Part shown: positions 40,322 through 49,888 of the stretch, one piece after another | How positions within the stretch are numbered: the stretch's first letter is position 1 | Layout of the letters: each line of letters starts with the position of its first letter | Assembly: GCA_012729555.1 (NCBI GenBank) | Contig: JAAYCX010000012.1 | Location: 86,519-150,518, forward strand | From: Acidobacteriota bacterium | Lineage (GTDB): Bacteria > Acidobacteriota > UBA6911 | DNA: 64,000 nt | Direction: 5' to 3' | Notes under the pieces: generated by a model | Database searches by the model: none | Told to the model about the DNA's origin: nothing | What the model saw: only the letters and a program-made list of their open reading frames with translations | Translations under genes and position numbers: made by a program

Positions 40322-40984
40322 CTATTTGAAATGGGCCACCGTCTGGGCCAGGATCGCCTTCTGCTCCGGCCGCAGCTTCAGCGTTTTCGCGATGGCGGCC
40401 GGGTCGATCATCGCCCGCACGATGCAGGCGAGGTTCTCGCTCGCGCAGAAGAGGTACACGTTCTGGGCGATGAACCCGGTATTGGCGAAAGACCAGGTCT
40501 CCTCCACCTCCGGCATCCGCTTCCCCCCGAAGGAAGCCCGGGCCATGTCGGCGACATAGATCAGGTTCAGCGGCGCCTCCGTGACGAACGGCTGCTGACC
40601 CGCGACGGCCCGCACGTCCTCGCGCCCCAGCACCTTGAGCTCGTGCTTCTTCGGGTCATAGAGATAGAGCCCGTCGGCCGTGGTCAGGTAGATGTCGATG
40701 TTCTGCCAGTCGGCCGCCGACGGGGCCGTTCGGTGACCCCCTTCCCGGTTCACCCCGTCCGCCGCCCAGAGCAGGTTGGAGACCACCTGCATCGACAGGG
40801 GCTTGTCCGGTCCGAAGCCCCCCCGCGTGCTCTTGCGCAGCTTGAGCGCCTGCATCAGGGGCATCCCCCCGTCGGTCTGGGCCGGCGGCAGCTTGATCAC
40901 GTCCTCCCCCTGGGCCGAGGCCGGCCCCGGGGCCACCCACAGCATCAACCCGACAACGGCACAGGCTATCAATGTCCTTCTCAT
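40322..40984 (-). CDS. Secreted SagB-type/nitroreductase-family protein
   Basis: Signal peptide MRRTLIACAVVGLMLWVAPGPASA; nitroreductase-like fold. Confidence 0.5.
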   Translation of the reverse strand: MRRTLIACAVVGLMLWVAPGPASAQGEDVIKLPPAQTDGGMPLMQALKLRKSTRGGFGPDKPLSMQVVSNLLWAADGVNREGGHRTAPSAADWQNIDIYLTTADGLYLYDPKKHELKVLGREDVRAVAGQQPFVTEAPLNLIYVADMARASFGGKRMPEVEETWSFANTGFIAQNVYLFCASENLACIVRAMIDPAAIAKTLKLRPEQKAILAQTVAHFK

Positions 40985-41988
40985 CGCTCCTCCTCCTGGC
41001 TGCATAACAAATTCGGATCGTGTCGCTCCCGGCGGCCCGAGCCGCCCGCGAAAATCGCGCGCGGGTTGCCGACCAGCATCGCCCGGATCTGGGCCCGGTC
41101 GACCCCGCGGGACAGGAGCGCCGGAATCACGTCGTCGGAAAGGTGGCCATAATGCCAGTTCGGCACCTCCGCCGCCCGTTCTTCCGGGAATGCATCATTG
41201 TAGCAGGAGGCGTCGTGCGAGAGGACCATTTTCGCCGCGTACCCCATCCGGCAGAGCCGGGCCACGGTGTCGACCCGCCTCTCGAACCCGAGAAGGGGGT
41301 CGATGCCGAACCGGTCCATCCCGATGCAGGCCCCCTTCTCCATCATCTCCCGGAGGTAGTCGAGATCGGTCGTGTCGCCCGAGTGGCCGATGACGACGCG
41401 CGCGGGGTCCACCCCCTCCCCGGCGAAGACGCGGAGCTGGTCGAGCCCGTTGCGGCTGCGGGCATGGGTGTGGGTACAGATCGGCACCCCCGTGGCCAGC
41501 TGCGCCCGTGCCGTCGCCCGCAGGACCAGCTCCACGTCCGGGGTCAGCCCGCGCCGCCCGGTGGCGCACTTGAGCACCGCCGCCCTCACCCCCGTCCCCC
41601 CGATCCCCTCCCGGACCTCCCCGATGAAGGTCTCGACGAGCGCCCGGCCCGGATCGGGGTGCGCCCCGAGCTCCGGGGGCAGCCGGTCGAGCACGAAGAC
41701 CCCGGCCGCAACGATGATGTGAAGGTCGACCCGGGCGGCGACCTCCTGGATCCTCGGAAGGTACCGCCCGGCTCCCACGACGGTCAGGTCCACCAGGGCG
41801 TCGATCCCCCGCTCCTTGAGCCGGCCGAGGCGGTCGACGGCCTCGCCCACCCGCCGCTCCTCGTCCGGAATGCTCTCGGGATGCCTGAGGCCGGCGGGGG
41901 AGGAGAGGAGAAAGAGGTGCTCGTGCATCAGCACGGCCCCCAGCTCCGCCGCATCCACCGGCCCCCTGACCGTATCCACCCATGCCAT
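40981..41988 (-). CDS. Phosphotriesterase-related (PTE family) amidohydrolase
   Basis: HEH metal motif (LMHEHLF), carboxylated Lys region AVLKCATG, HTH...GHSGD motifs. Confidence 0.7.
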   Translation of the reverse strand: MAWVDTVRGPVDAAELGAVLMHEHLFLLSSPAGLRHPESIPDEERRVGEAVDRLGRLKERGIDALVDLTVVGAGRYLPRIQEVAARVDLHIIVAAGVFVLDRLPPELGAHPDPGRALVETFIGEVREGIGGTGVRAAVLKCATGRRGLTPDVELVLRATARAQLATGVPICTHTHARSRNGLDQLRVFAGEGVDPARVVIGHSGDTTDLDYLREMMEKGACIGMDRFGIDPLLGFERRVDTVARLCRMGYAAKMVLSHDASCYNDAFPEERAAEVPNWHYGHLSDDVIPALLSRGVDRAQIRAMLVGNPRAIFAGGSGRRERHDPNLLCSQEEER

Positions 41989-42103
41989 GGACCGATCTCA
42001 CCCCAAAAAGGACCGGGGCGCAACCGGAAAACACGGCAAAAAGGGTGAACGCGGCCCCGTTTTTCGCTAGACTTGGGTTTCACCCTGACACCCAGGAGGC
42101 GCG

Positions 42104-43939
42104 ATGAAAGATTCGTATGTCAAGGAGCGCGACCGGAGCCGGATCCCGGAACAATTCCAGTGGGACCTCTCCCAGGTCTATGCCGGGGACGACGCCTGGG
42201 AAGCGGCCAAGCGGAAGCTGCTGGCCGAACTCCCCTCGATCGCCTCCTGGGAGGGGACCCTGGCCGAGTCCCCGGAGCGGCTGCTCGGCTGCCTCGAGCG
42301 TCAGAACCTCCTTCACAAGGAGCTCACCCGCCTGGCCTGCTACGCCGGCATGAAGTCGGACCTGGACACGCGCGACTCCCGCTACCTCGCCATGGACCAG
42401 GAGATGACGCGGATCGCGTCGGAATTTTCCACCCTGGCGGCCTTCATCGAGCCCGAAATCCTGCGCATGGATCCCGCGCGGATCGAGGACTTCACCGAGC
42501 GCGAGCCCCTTCTGGCCCCCTACCGGCACGTCCTCGACGACATCGTGCGCAACCGGCCCCACACCCTGGGCGAAGGCGGGGAGAAGATCCTGGCCACGGC
42601 CGGCCTGATGGCCGACGCCCCCGGTACCATCAACGGCATCTTCACCAACGCCGACTTCCCCTACCCGGAGGTGGCCCTGGAGGAGGGGACGGTGCGGCTC
42701 GACCCGGCCGCCTTCAACCTGCACCGCCGCTCGCACGACCGCGAGAGCAGGAAAAAAGTCTTCGCGGCGTACCTCGGGAAGATGCACGACTTCCGCCGGA
42801 CCTTCGGGGCCCAGCTCGCCGCCGAGGTGCGCAAAAACATGTTTTTCTCCCGCACGCGCTCCTTCGGCTCCTGCCTCGAGCGCGCCCTGAACAACTACAA
42901 CATTCCCGTAGCCGTTTACCGCAACCTGATCGCGGGGGTTCGGGCCCACCGGAGGACCCTCTACCGCTATCTCGACCTGCGCCGGCGGCTGCTGGGACTC
43001 GACTCCCTCCACTACTACGACCTCTACGCCCCGATCGTGGCCGACCTCGACCTGGACTACACCTATGACGAGGCTGCGGCGCGCGTGCTCGACTCGCTCG
43101 CGCCCCTCGGGCCGGAGTACGCAGAGGTCGCCCGGCGCGCCCTCTCCGAGCGCTGGGTCGACGTCTACCCGAGCGACGGGAAGCGCTCGGGCGCCTACTC
43201 GAACGGCTCCGTCTACGACGCCCACCCCTACATCCTGCTCAACTTCAACGGCAAGCACGACGACGTGAGCACCCTGGCCCACGAGCTGGGGCACACGATG
43301 CACAGCTACCTGGCCAACCGGGCGCAGCCCTACGCCCTGTCGCACTACTCGATCTTCGTGGCCGAGGTCGCCTCCACCTTCAACGAGGCGCTGCTGCTCC
43401 ATTACATGCTGCAGCGCGAAACCCGGGACGAGGTCCGGCTCTCGCTGCTGGGCAACTACCTCGACAACGCCCGGGCGACGGTGTTCCGCCAGACCCAGTT
43501 CGCCGAATTCGAGCTCCGGATCCACGAGCTGGCCGAGGGGGGGGAGGCGCTGACGGGGGACGCGCTCGGCGAACTGTACGCTACAATCGCGCGCGAGTAC
43601 TACGGCCAGGAGGTCGGGGCCTGCGTGGTGGACGACGAGGTGAAGGCGGAGTGGGCCTACATCCCCCACTTCTACTATAATTTCTACGTCTACCAGTACG
43701 CCACGTCCTTCATCGCCTCCGCGGCCCTGTCCGAACGGGTCCTGGCGGGGGAGCCGGGCGCGGTCGAGTCGTACCTGGAACTCCTCTCGGCCGGCGGCTC
43801 CGACTATCCGATCGCCCTGATGGCCCGGGCGGGGGTGGACATGACCTCCCCCGAACCGCTCACGGCCATGATGGCGCACCTCGGCCGGGTCATGGACGAG
43901 ATCGAGACGATCGCCCGGCGGCTGGGAAAGCTGAAGTAG
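42104..43939 (+). CDS. pepF: Oligoendopeptidase F (M3B family)
   Basis: HELGH zinc motif, 611 aa, collinear PepF architecture. Confidence 0.85.
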   Translation: MKDSYVKERDRSRIPEQFQWDLSQVYAGDDAWEAAKRKLLAELPSIASWEGTLAESPERLLGCLERQNLLHKELTRLACYAGMKSDLDTRDSRYLAMDQEMTRIASEFSTLAAFIEPEILRMDPARIEDFTEREPLLAPYRHVLDDIVRNRPHTLGEGGEKILATAGLMADAPGTINGIFTNADFPYPEVALEEGTVRLDPAAFNLHRRSHDRESRKKVFAAYLGKMHDFRRTFGAQLAAEVRKNMFFSRTRSFGSCLERALNNYNIPVAVYRNLIAGVRAHRRTLYRYLDLRRRLLGLDSLHYYDLYAPIVADLDLDYTYDEAAARVLDSLAPLGPEYAEVARRALSERWVDVYPSDGKRSGAYSNGSVYDAHPYILLNFNGKHDDVSTLAHELGHTMHSYLANRAQPYALSHYSIFVAEVASTFNEALLLHYMLQRETRDEVRLSLLGNYLDNARATVFRQTQFAEFELRIHELAEGGEALTGDALGELYATIAREYYGQEVGACVVDDEVKAEWAYIPHFYYNFYVYQYATSFIASAALSERVLAGEPGAVESYLELLSAGGSDYPIALMARAGVDMTSPEPLTAMMAHLGRVMDEIETIARRLGKLK

Positions 43940-43948
43940 CGGAGGCGG

Positions 43949-44935
43949 TCAGGGCCCGGGTTTCCGCATCATGCCCATAAGGTCCAGGTTCACGGAAAAG
44001 AAGAGCGAGTCGGAGTCGTAGGAGACGCTGCGGCTGTAGCCGATTTCGAGCATCACGTTGCGGCCCGGGTAGAAATCGACCCAGGCGGAAAAACCGTGGT
44101 CCCGGGCCAGGTCGCTCTCCCCGATGATGACGCTTTCGGTCTCGAAGGGCCGGTTCCCCCCCGCACCGGCCGTGGGACCGCCCCCCGCGCCTCCGTCTCC
44201 CGCCGTGGTGCCGTTGCCGGAATCGGAGCCGCCCGGGCCGCTCCCCGCGGCCATGAGCGAAACCATCCCGGTCACCGCTCCGGGGCCGGACCCGGACCCC
44301 GCTCCCGCCCGCTCCACCAGTCGGCTGTAGATCTTCTGCTCCCCGCTCGGGACCACCGCGTAGCCGGAGGCGCCGACACCGGCCCAGTGTACCGGGTGCC
44401 AGCCGATCCCCCCCTCGAAGTGGCCGACCAGGCCGAGGGAGGAAAAGGGGCGGGTGAAGAAATGGGTGTCGGAAACGGTGTTGGCGATCCCGGCCCGGCC
44501 GAACGGGTTCCAGTCGCCGAGGGCGACATCGACATAGTTGCTCCAGTCGACCGTCACGCGGCCGGTGCTGAGGCCCCGATCGACGTCCCCCGTGGGCGCC
44601 GAGGCCCGGACGCCGCTGCTGAAATAGACGCTCGACCGGCGCACCATCCCCCGCACCCCGACCCAGGCGTTGCCGATCCCGCCGCCGGCGCCTGAAAGCT
44701 CCAGATCGTCCGACGGGGCATGCACGAAATAGACGGGCACCCCGGCTTCCACCTCGAAATGCGGATTGAAGCGGTAGCCGGCCGACGGGTCGAGCCGGAA
44801 GACCCATGACGGGTCCATGCTGCTGCCCGAAAAGCCCAGGTTCACGAGCGGGCCGCGCTCCTGTCCGAAAACGTTCGCGCCAAAAGAGAGGACCAGCGCC
44901 AGGGCGCCGGCCGCGCTGAGGAAGATCCGGCTCAT
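43949..44935 (-). CDS. Hypothetical outer-membrane beta-barrel-like protein
   Basis: Signal peptide; alternating amphipathic beta-strand pattern; Gly/Ser-rich loop; C-terminal aromatic-rich strand. Confidence 0.4.
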   Translation of the reverse strand: MSRIFLSAAGALALVLSFGANVFGQERGPLVNLGFSGSSMDPSWVFRLDPSAGYRFNPHFEVEAGVPVYFVHAPSDDLELSGAGGGIGNAWVGVRGMVRRSSVYFSSGVRASAPTGDVDRGLSTGRVTVDWSNYVDVALGDWNPFGRAGIANTVSDTHFFTRPFSSLGLVGHFEGGIGWHPVHWAGVGASGYAVVPSGEQKIYSRLVERAGAGSGSGPGAVTGMVSLMAAGSGPGGSDSGNGTTAGDGGAGGGPTAGAGGNRPFETESVIIGESDLARDHGFSAWVDFYPGRNVMLEIGYSRSVSYDSDSLFFSVNLDLMGMMRKPGP

Positions 44936-44963
44936 GCTTCTCCTTCCAACGGGACGGACCCCG

Positions 44964-45488
44964 TTATCGGCGGTTTCGTTCGTTGCGGCGCTGGATCGAC
45001 TCCCGCCGCATCCTGTTGCGTTGTTCGTTCGTCATCCGCCGCCACTTGTCGAGGTTCCGGAGCACCCGGGTACGCTCTTCGGGCGCCATCTTCTGGAACT
45101 CGCGGTAGGTCTTGCGCAGCTGCTGCTGCCGTTCGGGGGGAAGCTCCCTGAACCGCTCGTAGTTCTTCTCGAGCCTCTCGCGCTCTTCGGGGCCGAGGTT
45201 CCGGAAGCGTTCATAATTCTCGAGGATGAGCTTCCGCTCCTGCGGGTCCATGTCCCGGACCTGTTTCTGGAGCTCCGCGAGCCGCTCCTTCTCTTCCGCC
45301 GTCATGCGGCTGTAGCGGCGGTAGCGCTCGGTGAGCTCCGCCTTCTGTTCCGGGCTCAGGCGGTTCCATTCGGCTTCCTCACCCGCCTGGGTCTGCGGAG
45401 CCGGGGACGGCTCCTGGCCCCGAAGCAGGGGCGCGGCGCCCAGCGCCAGCAAAAACCCGAGAACCCACGTAATCGCGTGATTTTTCAT
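44964..45488 (-). CDS. Periplasmic DUF3106-like repeat protein
   Basis: Signal peptide then repeats ERxRLxxNYERFRxLxPEER; typical partner of ECF sigma/anti-sigma operons. Confidence 0.55.
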   Translation of the reverse strand: MKNHAITWVLGFLLALGAAPLLRGQEPSPAPQTQAGEEAEWNRLSPEQKAELTERYRRYSRMTAEEKERLAELQKQVRDMDPQERKLILENYERFRNLGPEERERLEKNYERFRELPPERQQQLRKTYREFQKMAPEERTRVLRNLDKWRRMTNEQRNRMRRESIQRRNERNRR

Positions 45489-45769
45489 TTCTTTTCCCGC
45501 CCCTCTTCTTCGGGTTCTCCGGACGTGTCCGGATCCCCCAGGAACAGATCCAAAAGCCGGCACTTGTCCAGGTTCTCCAGCAGTTCGAGGTCCTCGAGGA
45601 TCGCGCGGTTGCGCAGGATCTCCCTCTGCTCCGCCGTGAGCGGGGGCGGATTGCCGGGATTTTTCGCCTCTTCCCTCTCCCCTGCCAGCGCCACCTCCGC
45701 GCCGAGGACCAGCAGCAGAACCCAAAGCCCGCTCTTGCCCATAAACACCCGCCTAGTTGATGGCTTCAT
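45485..45769 (-). CDS. Small secreted hypothetical protein
   Basis: 94-aa ORF with signal peptide between anti-sigma and DUF3106 genes. Confidence 0.35.
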   Translation of the reverse strand: MKPSTRRVFMGKSGLWVLLLVLGAEVALAGEREEAKNPGNPPPLTAEQREILRNRAILEDLELLENLDKCRLLDLFLGDPDTSGEPEEEGREKK

Positions 45770-46250
45770 CCTGCGCGAGGGCTCCGAGATCGGCTATCGT
45801 CTCGAAGTCCTCGAGCAGGTCCAGGTGGTGGAGCACCCCCATATCCTTAAGGATGGCCACGGTCTCCTCCATCCCCGGCTCGACGGCTGGACCGGACATC
45901 GTCCTCGCGCCCCAGGGGAGCCGGCCGAGAATCACGCCCAGGAGCACGACCAGGACGAGGGCGCCCGCACCGGCCAGGTGCCCGGGCCGCGCCCACGTCA
46001 CGCTCCACCAGGGAGCCCGCCCGGCCTCCCGCCGGCGGTCCAGTTTCCGGTAAAACCCCCGGGCGAAGTCCGCGGAGGGCTCGACCTCCTCCGCCATCCC
46101 GGGGAGGACCTCCACCCATTCCTCGGGCGTAAGCCTGGCGGAGCAGGAGGGGCAGGACAGGAGATGCCTGCGGGTCTCCCGCGCCTCGCCGGCGGGGAGT
46201 TCCCCTTCCATGAGGGCCTTCAGGTTGTCCACGGCCAGTTTGCAGTTCAT
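45753..46250 (-). CDS. Anti-sigma factor (zf-HC2, single TM)
   Basis: HLLSCPSC zinc-finger motif, one TM helix, 4-nt overlap with sigma gene. Confidence 0.65.
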   Translation of the reverse strand: MNCKLAVDNLKALMEGELPAGEARETRRHLLSCPSCSARLTPEEWVEVLPGMAEEVEPSADFARGFYRKLDRRREAGRAPWWSVTWARPGHLAGAGALVLVVLLGVILGRLPWGARTMSGPAVEPGMEETVAILKDMGVLHHLDLLEDFETIADLGALAQDEAIN

Positions 46251-46897
46251 GGTTTTCTGTACTCCGGCAGCATCGGGGCCAGCCGCGCCGCCAGGGCCTC
46301 CCTCGCCCGGTGGATCATCGATTTCACCGCCTTCTCACTCGTCTTCATCACCTCGCCCACCTCGGCGTACGACAGTTCCTGGTACTTGTTCAGGATGAAG
46401 GCCGCACGCTGCCTGTCGGGGATCAGGGACAGGGCCTCGGCGAGCGCGCGGGCGATCGCCTGCCGCTCGAGGTCCCGGACCGGATCGGGATCCGTCCGCA
46501 ACTCCCGGTGTGTCGCCACGGCCGCTTCGGGAGAAGCGTCGATCGACCGGCGGGCGGCGCGGAACCAGGGTCTCCGGATCTCGTTCAGGCACACATTGGT
46601 GGCGATCCGGTAGAGCCAGGTGGTGAACTTCGCCGTCGGCCGGTACCGGTCCGCTCCTTCGTACACCTTCAGCAGGATCTCCTGCGCCAGTTCCTCCGCC
46701 CTTTCGCGGTTATGGACGAAGCGGGAGGCGAAACGGATCAGGGGCCTCGAATGGCGCGCAAACAGGGCCTCGAACGCCCCCTCGTCCCCCGCCTGGAACA
46801 GGAGCATCAGTTCGGTATCACGGTCTCCCGCCGGCGCTTCTTCCGTCATGAGGAAATCATCGTCCCAGTCGAGGGCCCATTCCATTTCACGCCTCAA
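46247..46897 (-). CDS. ECF (sigma-70 family group IV) RNA polymerase sigma factor
   Basis: Region 2 (FTTWLYRIATNVCLNEIRR) and region 4 HTH (LSYAEVGEVMKTSEKAVKSMIHRAR). Confidence 0.8.
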   Translation of the reverse strand: MRREMEWALDWDDDFLMTEEAPAGDRDTELMLLFQAGDEGAFEALFARHSRPLIRFASRFVHNRERAEELAQEILLKVYEGADRYRPTAKFTTWLYRIATNVCLNEIRRPWFRAARRSIDASPEAAVATHRELRTDPDPVRDLERQAIARALAEALSLIPDRQRAAFILNKYQELSYAEVGEVMKTSEKAVKSMIHRAREALAARLAPMLPEYRKP

Positions 46898-47045
46898 TCA
46901 TAGCACTGTCGCCTCTACGGAATCTTAAACACCGCCCGGGGGGGAAAGTTCCGGAATAAAGGGTCTTCACGGAACGACGAAACGGGTATCATAATGGGGA
47001 CGCCGGGACGGGAGGAGGGATACCGTCGCCTTATTTCGGGAAAGG

Positions 47046-47774
47046 ATGCCGATGGACCAGGCCGAGGGTGGGAACGAAAGGGAATTGAGGGAGCTGAAAG
47101 GCAGGCTGCAGGCCTTCATCGAGCGGTCGGCCATCGACGGCTTCGAGAGTGAGGACATCATCGAACTGGTCGAGGAGGGGGAAGACCCCGGCTGGATCCT
47201 CGACCGGCTCGGGAGCGGCAACCCCGGGATGGACCGGGAAGAGGCGGCGGCGCTGCTGACGGAGCTCCGCTCGCTCGTCGGACCGGCGCCCGATCCCGGA
47301 TCCGCCGCCGAAGGGGAGGACCCCCTCCCGGGCACGGCCGGTCCCGAGGCGCCCCCCCCGGCGGACGGCGCGGACCTTTCCACGCTCGATTTCGGTCAAT
47401 TGCTCGATTCGCTCCCCCCGGGCGTGAAACTCCCCCCCGGGATGAGCCTCGGCAAGATCAAGGAACTGATGGAATCGCCGCAGGCGAAGGTCATGTCCGA
47501 CTTCCTCCTCTTCTGTCAGGAGCGGGGGATCGAGATGAACGAAAGGGCCATGACCGACCCCCGGACGGAGAAGCTGCAGGAGGAATGGAAAAGCACCCCG
47601 CGCGACGCCTTCGACGGCAGGACCCCGGCCGAAGTCCTCGAGGACGGCCAGGGGATCCTGCCGGGCAAGGTGGAAACGTTCCGGCGGGAGGAACCGCGCA
47701 TCGGGCGTAACGACCCCTGCCCCTGCGGCAGCGGGAAAAAATACAAAAAATGCTGCGGGAGAACGAGCCATTGA
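47046..47774 (+). CDS. SEC-C motif domain protein
   Basis: C-terminal [18 protein letters not shown] metal-binding SEC-C motif. Confidence 0.6.
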   Translation: MPMDQAEGGNERELRELKGRLQAFIERSAIDGFESEDIIELVEEGEDPGWILDRLGSGNPGMDREEAAALLTELRSLVGPAPDPGSAAEGEDPLPGTAGPEAPPPADGADLSTLDFGQLLDSLPPGVKLPPGMSLGKIKELMESPQAKVMSDFLLFCQERGIEMNERAMTDPRTEKLQEEWKSTPRDAFDGRTPAEVLEDGQGILPGKVETFRREEPRIGRNDPCPCGSGKKYKKCCGRTSH

Positions 47775-48196
47775 ACCCTGAAACCAACAAACGCCTGGTC
47801 CTGGATTTCTACGAAGAGGTCCTGTGCGGCCGCAACCTGGAGGCGGCCCCGCGCTTTCTGCACGAGGTCTACGTGCAGCACAATCCTTACGCGGCGCAGG
47901 GGATCGCCGGCTTCCTGGAGTTCCATAGAGGGTTTTTCTCCGCCATTCCCGATGCGCGGGTCGCCGTCAACATGGTGGCGGCGGAAGGCGACCTGGTGTT
48001 CGTTTACGGCACCTACACCGGCACCCACACCGGCAAGGGGTTCCTGGATCTCCCCCCCACCGGGAACCGGGTGTGCTACGACGTCGTCGACATCTTCCGG
48101 GTGCGGGACGGCAAACTGGCCGAGCACTGGGACGTGGCCGACACTCGCGCCATTTTCACCCAGCTCGGCGCCCTCCCCCCGGTCCCCGGGCCCTGA
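47750..48196 (+). CDS. SnoaL-like/NTF2-fold ester cyclase family protein
   Basis: 148 aa; LVLDFYEEV...HNPY...[14 protein letters not shown] pattern of SnoaL-like polyketide cyclase fold. Confidence 0.6.
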   Translation: MLRENEPLNPETNKRLVLDFYEEVLCGRNLEAAPRFLHEVYVQHNPYAAQGIAGFLEFHRGFFSAIPDARVAVNMVAAEGDLVFVYGTYTGTHTGKGFLDLPPTGNRVCYDVVDIFRVRDGKLAEHWDVADTRAIFTQLGALPPVPGP

Positions 48197-48288
48197 CCCC
48201 CGTTTTTGTTTTCAGAATCCACCCGGTCCTGCCGATATGCAGAGCTCCGGGCGATGTCGCCCGGAACCACGCGGGAACCATCAGCCCC

Positions 48289-49848
48289 ATGACAGGTTCT
48301 GAAAGAGACAATTCCGGCGCTAAAAGGGAAAAACGCCCGCCGGCGGCACGGGAGGGTGGACCGTCCGCTCCTTTCGGCGAAGCGGAATGGCGCCGGATGA
48401 AGGAGGAGCTGGAGTATTCCAACACCCTGATGCGGACCCAGCAGGAATGCGCCCTGGACGGCATCCTGGTGGTGAGCGAGGACGGGAGGATCGTTTCGTA
48501 CAATCGGCAGTTTGTGGATATCTGGAAGCTCCCCGAGGAGATCCTGGCCTCGCGCTCGAACGAACGGGCCCTCGAGTACGCCTCCCGGCTGGTGCTGAAC
48601 TGCGAGGCCGCCAACGCCGTGGTGCGCGGCCTGTACGAAAACCGCAGCAGCAGCAGCCATGACGAGGTTCAGCTTCGGGACGGCAGGGTGCTGGACCGGT
48701 ACTCCGCCCCCCTGGAGGCGGCCGACGGCCGCTTCTACGGGCGGGTGTGGTATTTCCGCGACATCACCGCCCAGAAGAGGGCGGCGGAGCGGATCCGGCA
48801 GGCCAACGAGCGCCTGCGCGCCACGGTGAGCCAGCTGAAGGAACAGAAAAAACAGAGCGGCATCCTGAGCGAGATGCGCGAAATATTGCAGGCCTGCGAC
48901 TCCACCTCGGAAGTCGGGTCGATCGTGCGGAGATCGATGCTGAAGCTGTTCCCGCATGCATCCGGGGCCCTGTACATGATGGCCGAATCAGGCCGGGAGC
49001 TCGAAGCCGTCGATGCCTGGGGTCCGGGCGCCGATGTTGCAGGACCGCGGAGTTTCCCGACGGACGATTGCTGGGCGCTGCGGCGCGGGCGCCTCCACCT
49101 GGTGGACGAACCCGGTATGGGTCCCGTGTGCGCCCACCTGCGAAAGGGACCCCGGGCCCCCTCGGCCTGCGTGCCGCTCGCGGCCAAGGGTGAGGTCCTT
49201 GGGATCCTTCACCTGCGGGTGGAGGAGGGCGCCCCTGACGGAATCCAGGCCCGAACCACCGGACAGATCGGCAGGCTGGCGACGACGATCGGCGAATACC
49301 TGTCCCTTTCCATCGCCAACCTCCGGTTGCGCGAGCGGCTGGCCGAACAGTCGATCCGGGACCCGCTGACGGGGCTGTACAATCGCCGTTACATGGAAGA
49401 AGCGCTCGCGAGGGAGATCAGCCGGGCCGAGAGAAACCGCACCCCCGTCGCCCTCGTCATGATGGACATCGACCATTTCAAGCCCTTCAACGACCGGTAC
49501 GGTCACCCGGCCGGAGATGCGCTGCTCGAGAGCCTGGGCGCTTTCCTGAAAACGAACCTCCGGGGAGGGGACGCCGCCTGCCGCTACGGCGGGGAGGAAT
49601 TCATCCTGTTCCTGCCCGACACCTCCCTGGAGGGGGCCCGCCGGAACATGGAGCGGATCAGGAAGGGGATCGGGAGCCTCCGGATCTCCCACATGGGACT
49701 GACGCTTCCCCCTGTGACCCTGTCGATGGGAGTCGCCGTCTACCCGGACCACGGCCGGGATATGGGGGCTCTCATCGGGGCGGCGGACGCGGCCCTGTAC
49801 CGGGCCAAGAAGGAGGGACGCAACCGCATACTCCCGGCCGCGGGCTGA
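48289..49848 (+). CDS. PAS-GAF-GGDEF diguanylate cyclase
   Basis: PAS-like (ILVVSEDGRIVSYNRQFVDIW), GAF-like middle region, GGDEF active site RYGGEEF with I-site RxxD. Confidence 0.8.
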   Translation: MTGSERDNSGAKREKRPPAAREGGPSAPFGEAEWRRMKEELEYSNTLMRTQQECALDGILVVSEDGRIVSYNRQFVDIWKLPEEILASRSNERALEYASRLVLNCEAANAVVRGLYENRSSSSHDEVQLRDGRVLDRYSAPLEAADGRFYGRVWYFRDITAQKRAAERIRQANERLRATVSQLKEQKKQSGILSEMREILQACDSTSEVGSIVRRSMLKLFPHASGALYMMAESGRELEAVDAWGPGADVAGPRSFPTDDCWALRRGRLHLVDEPGMGPVCAHLRKGPRAPSACVPLAAKGEVLGILHLRVEEGAPDGIQARTTGQIGRLATTIGEYLSLSIANLRLRERLAEQSIRDPLTGLYNRRYMEEALAREISRAERNRTPVALVMMDIDHFKPFNDRYGHPAGDALLESLGAFLKTNLRGGDAACRYGGEEFILFLPDTSLEGARRNMERIRKGIGSLRISHMGLTLPPVTLSMGVAVYPDHGRDMGALIGAADAALYRAKKEGRNRILPAAG

Positions 49849-49849
49849 A

Positions 49850-49874
49850 CCGGGGGGATCGACGACCCCCCCGG
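49850..49874. terminator. Possible bidirectional terminator hairpin between convergent genes
   Basis: 8-bp G/C stem CCGGGGGG...CCCCCCGG with 9-nt loop; no clear U-tract. Confidence 0.3.
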
Positions 49875-49888
49875 CTTCCGGAGGGCGG

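Noticed and set aside
46898-47045. ECF-type promoter GGAACTT-N16-TTTAAGA upstream of the sigma factor gene
   Set aside because: The -10 element matches ECF consensus only weakly. Noted in findings as something to test rather than reported as a feature.
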